A stretch of 64,000 bases of DNA from an uncultured Candidatus Rokubacteria bacterium (lineage in GTDB: Bacteria > Methylomirabilota > Methylomirabilia > Rokubacteriales > CSP1-6), in the NCBI GenBank assembly GCA_963758635.1, contig CAVWWD010000009.1:101448-165447 (forward strand). Direction: 5' to 3'. Below are positions 59,877 through 64,000 of the stretch, piece after piece. A model generated the notes under the pieces. That model did not search any database, was not told the DNA's origin, and saw only the letters and a program-made list of their open reading frames with translations. How positions within the stretch are numbered: the first letter of the stretch is position 1; every line of letters begins with the position of its first letter. The position numbers and the translations under genes were made by a program.

Positions 59877-60833
59877 ACGGTGATCTCCATGCCGTCGTAG
59901 GCCGACGAGATCTCCACGCGGTGGCCGGTGCGCGTGATCTCCTCGAGCCGGCGCGTCTCGCGGAGCACGGCGCCGAGCTTGGCGTCGTCGAACACCGGCT
60001 CGTGGTGGTACATGCAGAGGTGCTTCACCCGCGCGAGCTGGGCGAGCTCCACCCCCACCACGTTGCTGGCGTGGCCCCAGTCCTCCTTCACGGAGTACGC
60101 GTCGGCGAGCGAGTACATCGCGTCGAAGATCACGAGGTCGGCGTCGCGGAAGAACTCCACGAACTCGTCGGTCTCCGCGTGGTCGTCACGCTTGTGCTCG
60201 GAATCCGTGGAGTAGACCACGGCCTTGCCCGCGTGCTCGAAGCGGTAGCCGTAGGAGTCGCCGGAGTGGAACTGGCGCTTGGCCCGCACGCCGAGCCCGG
60301 CGATCTCGTAGCGCGGGCCCGGCTCGAGGCGCACGAACTCGATGGCGGCGCCGAGGCGCGAGAAGTCCACGGGGAACGAGGGCGCCGCGTTCTGCCGCCG
60401 GAACGCCTCCTCGAGCTGGGCGTGGCAGCCGTAGAGCCGGATGCGGTTGCCCGGGATGTAGGCGGGCATGAAGAACGGAAAGCCCATGATGTGGTCCCAG
60501 TGCAGGTGGGACATGAACACGTGGTAGGTCTGTCCCTTCGCGGGCCCGTGGGTGGCGAGGACGTGGTTGGCGAACACGCGCGCGCCGCTGCCGAAGTCGC
60601 ACAGGACGTACTCGGCGCCGCCCACGTCGAGCTCGCACGCACGACGAGTTGCCGCCCCAGGTGTGGGACAGCTCGAAGGGCAGCTCGCGCTCGACGAACG
60701 CCCGCGCCTTCGCCTCGGTGTCGAGCCCCTGGCCCGCGCCACGCACCAGCGCGGCCACCAGCTTGTCCTGGAGGGCGCCCGTGCCGAGCGACACCGGGAT
60801 CGACCCGCGCGTCCCCCAGAAGCGAACGCGCAC
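59873..60833 (-). CDS. MBL-fold metallo-hydrolase (phosphodiesterase-like; frameshift ~60640)
   Basis: MRVRFWGTRGSIP, GGNSSC, SHLHWDHIMGFPFF, TDSE, WGHAS, HHEP. Confidence 0.88.
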
Positions 60834-60834
60834 G

Positions 60835-61236
60835 TCAGCCCGCGTCGAAGGCGGCTGAGCGCGCTGGGGGAGACGGCCGCGATGGCGTCGCGAACCGTGG
60901 GATACACGGTGAACACCGTCGAGAACCGGCTGATCTCGAAGATCTCCCGCAGCATGGGCCCGAGCGCGGCCACGACGAGCGTACCGCCCTGGGCGTGCAC
61001 CTGCTTGCGCGCGAGCATCAGCACGCGGAGCCCGGCGCTGGAGACGTACTCGAGCCCCGAGAGGTCGAGCACGATGCGGTCCCCGCCCTCCCGGCAGTGC
61101 TCGAGGTGCGGGCGCAGCGCGATGCCGAACGTGTCGGAGCTGGAGTGGTTGATGCGGCCCCGGGGGAGAGGACCAGCGTGTCGCCGTAGCGCCGCGGCGA
61201 CAGGTCCATGGGCTCGGGCTTCGGCGCGTCGGCCAT
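60835..61236 (-). CDS. STAS domain anti-sigma-factor antagonist (frameshift ~61165)
   Basis: IVLDLSGLEYVSSAGLRVL, EIFEISRF. Confidence 0.88.
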
Positions 61237-61238
61237 CG

Positions 61239-62430
61239 TCAGTCCTTGGGCAAGCCGAGCACGCGCTCGCCGATGATGTTCCGCTGGATCTCGCTCGTGC
61301 CGCCCGCGATCGTGTACTGGCGCGCGGCGAGCACGCGGTTGTACCAGCGCGGCGCGTCGGGCACCGCCTCGCTCGGCCTGGTTCAGCAGCACGTGCGCCC
61401 CGAGCATCTCCCCGGCGAAGTCGGCGATCCGCACGCCGAGCTCCGATCCGAAGAGCTTGAGGACCGACCCTTCCGGCCCCGGCGGCTCGCCCCGGAGCTG
61501 GCGGGTGAGGTTCCGGAGCCGCGTGTACTTCAGGCATGTCGCCTCGATGGCGAGCTGGGCGAAGCCCTGGCGCACCAGCGGCGACTCCCACGCGGGACGC
61601 CCGCCGGTGGTGACGCGCCGGGCGAGCACGCCGAGGCGCGCGATCTGGTCCATGTGGCTCCGCCCGCCCCCGCTCTTCCGCTCGTACATGAGCGTGGTCA
61701 TGGCCGGACGCCAGCCCTCGTTCTGCTTGCCGACCAGGCTCGCCTTGGGCACCACCACGTCGACGAAGAACACCTCGTTGAAGTGCTGATGGCCGGTCAT
61801 GAGGACGAGCGGGCGCACCGTGATCCCCGGCGTGCGCATGTCCACCAGCAGATAGCTGATGCCGCGGTGCTTGGGCGCCTTGGGATCGGTGCGGACGAGG
61901 AGGTAGATCCAGTCCGCGAACTGCGCGCCCGACGTCCAGACCTTCTGCCCGTTGACCACGAAGTGATCGCCGCGGTCCTCGGCGCGGGTGCCGAGGCTCG
62001 CGAGGTCCGACCCCGCGCCCGGCTCGGAGTAGCCCTGGCACCAGATGTCCTCGCCGGACAGGATGCGCGGGAGGAAGTGGCGCTTCTGCGCGTCCGTGCC
62101 CCACTCGACCAGCGTGGGGCCGGCCATGCCGATGCCGGAGTAGCCGGGAAGGATGGGCGCGCGCGCCCGGAAGCACTCCTCGTCGAAGATCACCTGCTCC
62201 ATCAGCGTGGCGCCGCGGCCGCCGTACTCCCGCGGCCACGAGATGCCCACCCACCCCGCGGCGTGCATCTTCTTCTGCCAGGCCACGCGACGCTCGAACG
62301 TCTCGCGGTCGGGCGCCACGCGCTCGTCCTGCGCGTCGTCCACGCGGAGGTCGTCGGGCAGGTTCGCCTCGAGCCACTCGCGGAGCTCGAGCCGGAACGC
62401 GTCCTGGTCGGCGGTGTACTGGAAGTCCAT
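61239..62430 (-). CDS. Acyl-CoA dehydrogenase (frameshift ~61370)
   Basis: WCQGYSEPGAGSDLA, NGQKVWTS, FNEVFF, TIAGGTSEIQRNII. Confidence 0.9.
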
Positions 62431-62484
62431 GTCAGCGATCGCCGCCCGCCACGCTAGCACCGGGCCCGCGGCGACTCAAGCGCC

Positions 62485-63246
62485 TCACAGCTCGACGATC
62501 CCGTCGCCCACCGTCTTGAGCCGGTCGAACACGAGGGGGTCGTGCCCGGGCAGGATCAGGTCGGGGGCGGCGGCGAGCTCGCGGATGCGCTCGAAGGCGT
62601 CGTACATGCCGGGCAGGTCGTGGAGGGTGTTGAAGGGGATGCCCTCCTCGAAGTTCCGGTAGTAGTGCGAGGCGTCGGAGGCGACCACGGCGCGCCCCCG
62701 CGACGTCTCGACGCTGATGATCTGCATGCCCGCGGTGTGCCCGCCCACCCGGTGCACGCGGATCCCGGGCACGATCTCCGCCTCGCCGTCCACGAAGGCC
62801 ACGCGCCCTTCGTAGTTGAGCCGGATCATCGCGCATAGGTCGTCCACCTCGAGGGAGTGCGCGAAGGCCGGCCGCGCCGCGTAGCGCCCGGTCCAGAAGC
62901 GCATCTCCTCGTCCTGCACGTGGAAGGTGGCGCGCGGGAACAGCGCATGGTTGCCCACGTGGTCGTAGTGGAAGTGGCTCACGATCACGTGGTCCACGCC
63001 GGCGCAGTCGATGCCGAGCTCGGCCAGTCCCTTCGACGGGCAGCGGAGGAACTGCCGGCCGCGCGCGGTGCCCACGGGCTCGGTGAAGCCCAGGTCCACG
63101 ACCACGGTGCGCGCGCCGTCGGTGAGCGCCCACACGAAGTAGTCCATGCCGATGGGCGCGCGGCGCATGTCGCGGTAGAACACCTCGGACGTGTGCGTCT
63201 CGCGATGCGCGTAGCGCACCGCGTAGATGCGGTAGTCGCCGGCCAT
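62485..63246 (-). CDS. MBL-fold hydrolase, N-acyl homoserine lactonase family
   Basis: SHFHYDHVGN, GHTAG, ASDA, PGHD. Confidence 0.85.
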   Translation of the reverse strand: MAGDYRIYAVRYAHRETHTSEVFYRDMRRAPIGMDYFVWALTDGARTVVVDLGFTEPVGTARGRQFLRCPSKGLAELGIDCAGVDHVIVSHFHYDHVGNHALFPRATFHVQDEEMRFWTGRYAARPAFAHSLEVDDLCAMIRLNYEGRVAFVDGEAEIVPGIRVHRVGGHTAGMQIISVETSRGRAVVASDASHYYRNFEEGIPFNTLHDLPGMYDAFERIRELAAAPDLILPGHDPLVFDRLKTVGDGIVEL

Positions 63247-63340
63247 GGTCAGGTCTCCTCTATTGCGCTGTCGTGTCCCGTGAGAGAATCCCGGCGTTCC
63301 GTGTCCCGTCGACCGTCACCTTCAACCCAGGAGGAACGTC

Positions 63341-63667
63341 ATGTCGCCAGCGCCCCCGGCTCCCGCTCGTGAGGAAGTGCGCGCTGTCGTCCCCAAGCTC
63401 GTCCAGCTCTCGGAAAGCGTCCTCTTCGGCGACGTGTGGGAGCGCCCACAGCTGTCCAAGCGCGACCGCAGCCTCATCACCGTGGCCGCCCTCACGGCAC
63501 TGTATCGCAGCGACCAGCTCAAGGGCCACATCGAGCGCGCGCTCGGCAACGGCGTCACGCAAGAGGAGATCGGCGAGATCATCACCCACATGGCGTTCTA
63601 CGCGGGCTGGCCGACGGCGATGACGGCGGCGCGCATCGCGAAGGGCGTGTTCGAGGCGCAGAAGTAG
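63341..63667 (+). CDS. Carboxymuconolactone decarboxylase family protein
   Basis: LFGDVWERPQLSKRDRSLIT, HIERALGNG, FYAGWP. Confidence 0.9.
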   Translation: MSPAPPAPAREEVRAVVPKLVQLSESVLFGDVWERPQLSKRDRSLITVAALTALYRSDQLKGHIERALGNGVTQEEIGEIITHMAFYAGWPTAMTAARIAKGVFEAQK

Positions 63668-63694
63668 CAGCCGCGACGACGCGGGGAGGTCACC

Positions 63695-64000
63695 ATGAGA
63701 GTCGGGTTCATCGGGCTGGGGATCATGGGCGCGAGCATGGCGTCGAACGTCCTGCAACGCGGCCACGAGCTGGTCGTCAACGACATCCGCAAGGACGCGG
63801 CGGCGCCGCACCTCGCCGCGGGCGCGCGCTGGGCGGACTCGGGGCGCCAGGTCGCCGAGGCGAGCGACGTGGTGTTCACCTCGCTCCCCGGCCCTCCCGA
63901 GGTGGAGGCGGTGGCGATCGGCGCCGGCGGCCTCCTGGAGGGCCTCGCCGCGGGCAAGACGTACTTCGACCTGAGCACCAACTCGCCGGCGCTCATCCGC
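63695..64000 (+). CDS. 3-hydroxyisobutyrate dehydrogenase family oxidoreductase (runs off the window edge)
   Basis: MRVGFIGLGIMG, VFTSLPGP, DLSTNSP; RBS GGGGAGG. Confidence 0.88.
   Translation, partial: MRVGFIGLGIMGASMASNVLQRGHELVVNDIRKDAAAPHLAAGARWADSGRQVAEASDVVFTSLPGPPEVEAVAIGAGGLLEGLAAGKTYFDLSTNSPALIR

Overview
Very GC-rich bacterial chromosomal window. Its gene content (LLM/F420-type oxidoreductases, Tat-exported Dpp/Opp binding proteins, hydantoinase/oxoprolinase pair, Uma2 nuclease, a 'LKTxKALG..PPSLL.RAD' ABC binding-protein remnant) suggests Ca. Rokubacteria/Methylomirabilota, which is inference only. About 60 CDS, mostly catabolic/redox (Pao-type Mo aldehyde oxidoreductase, leuCD, AOR, aconitase, amidohydrolases, two peptide-type ABC operons, beta-carbonic anhydrase). 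About 15 genes carry single-base frameshifts, most likely long-read indel errors. No rRNA, tRNA, CRISPR or transposase was recognised. Most notable: (1) a three-gene, signal-peptide-less OmpA-like/PG-binding + alpha/beta-hydrolase + LysM/PG-binding module at 14.1-17.9 kb resembling an orphan effector/adaptor cassette; (2) an unannotated two-gene toxin-antitoxin-like cassette splitting hyuA from hyuB (36.5-37.0 kb); (3) two MITE-like families and a REP-like doublet, with one MITE nested in the REP hairpin loop and another sitting in a gene-gene GTGA overlap; (4) a FecR/OmpA + STAS/MBL/CHASE2-PP2C signalling locus interrupted by a PlmA-like GntR mini-regulon with visible operators. All protein family calls come from motif recognition by eye, not from database searches.
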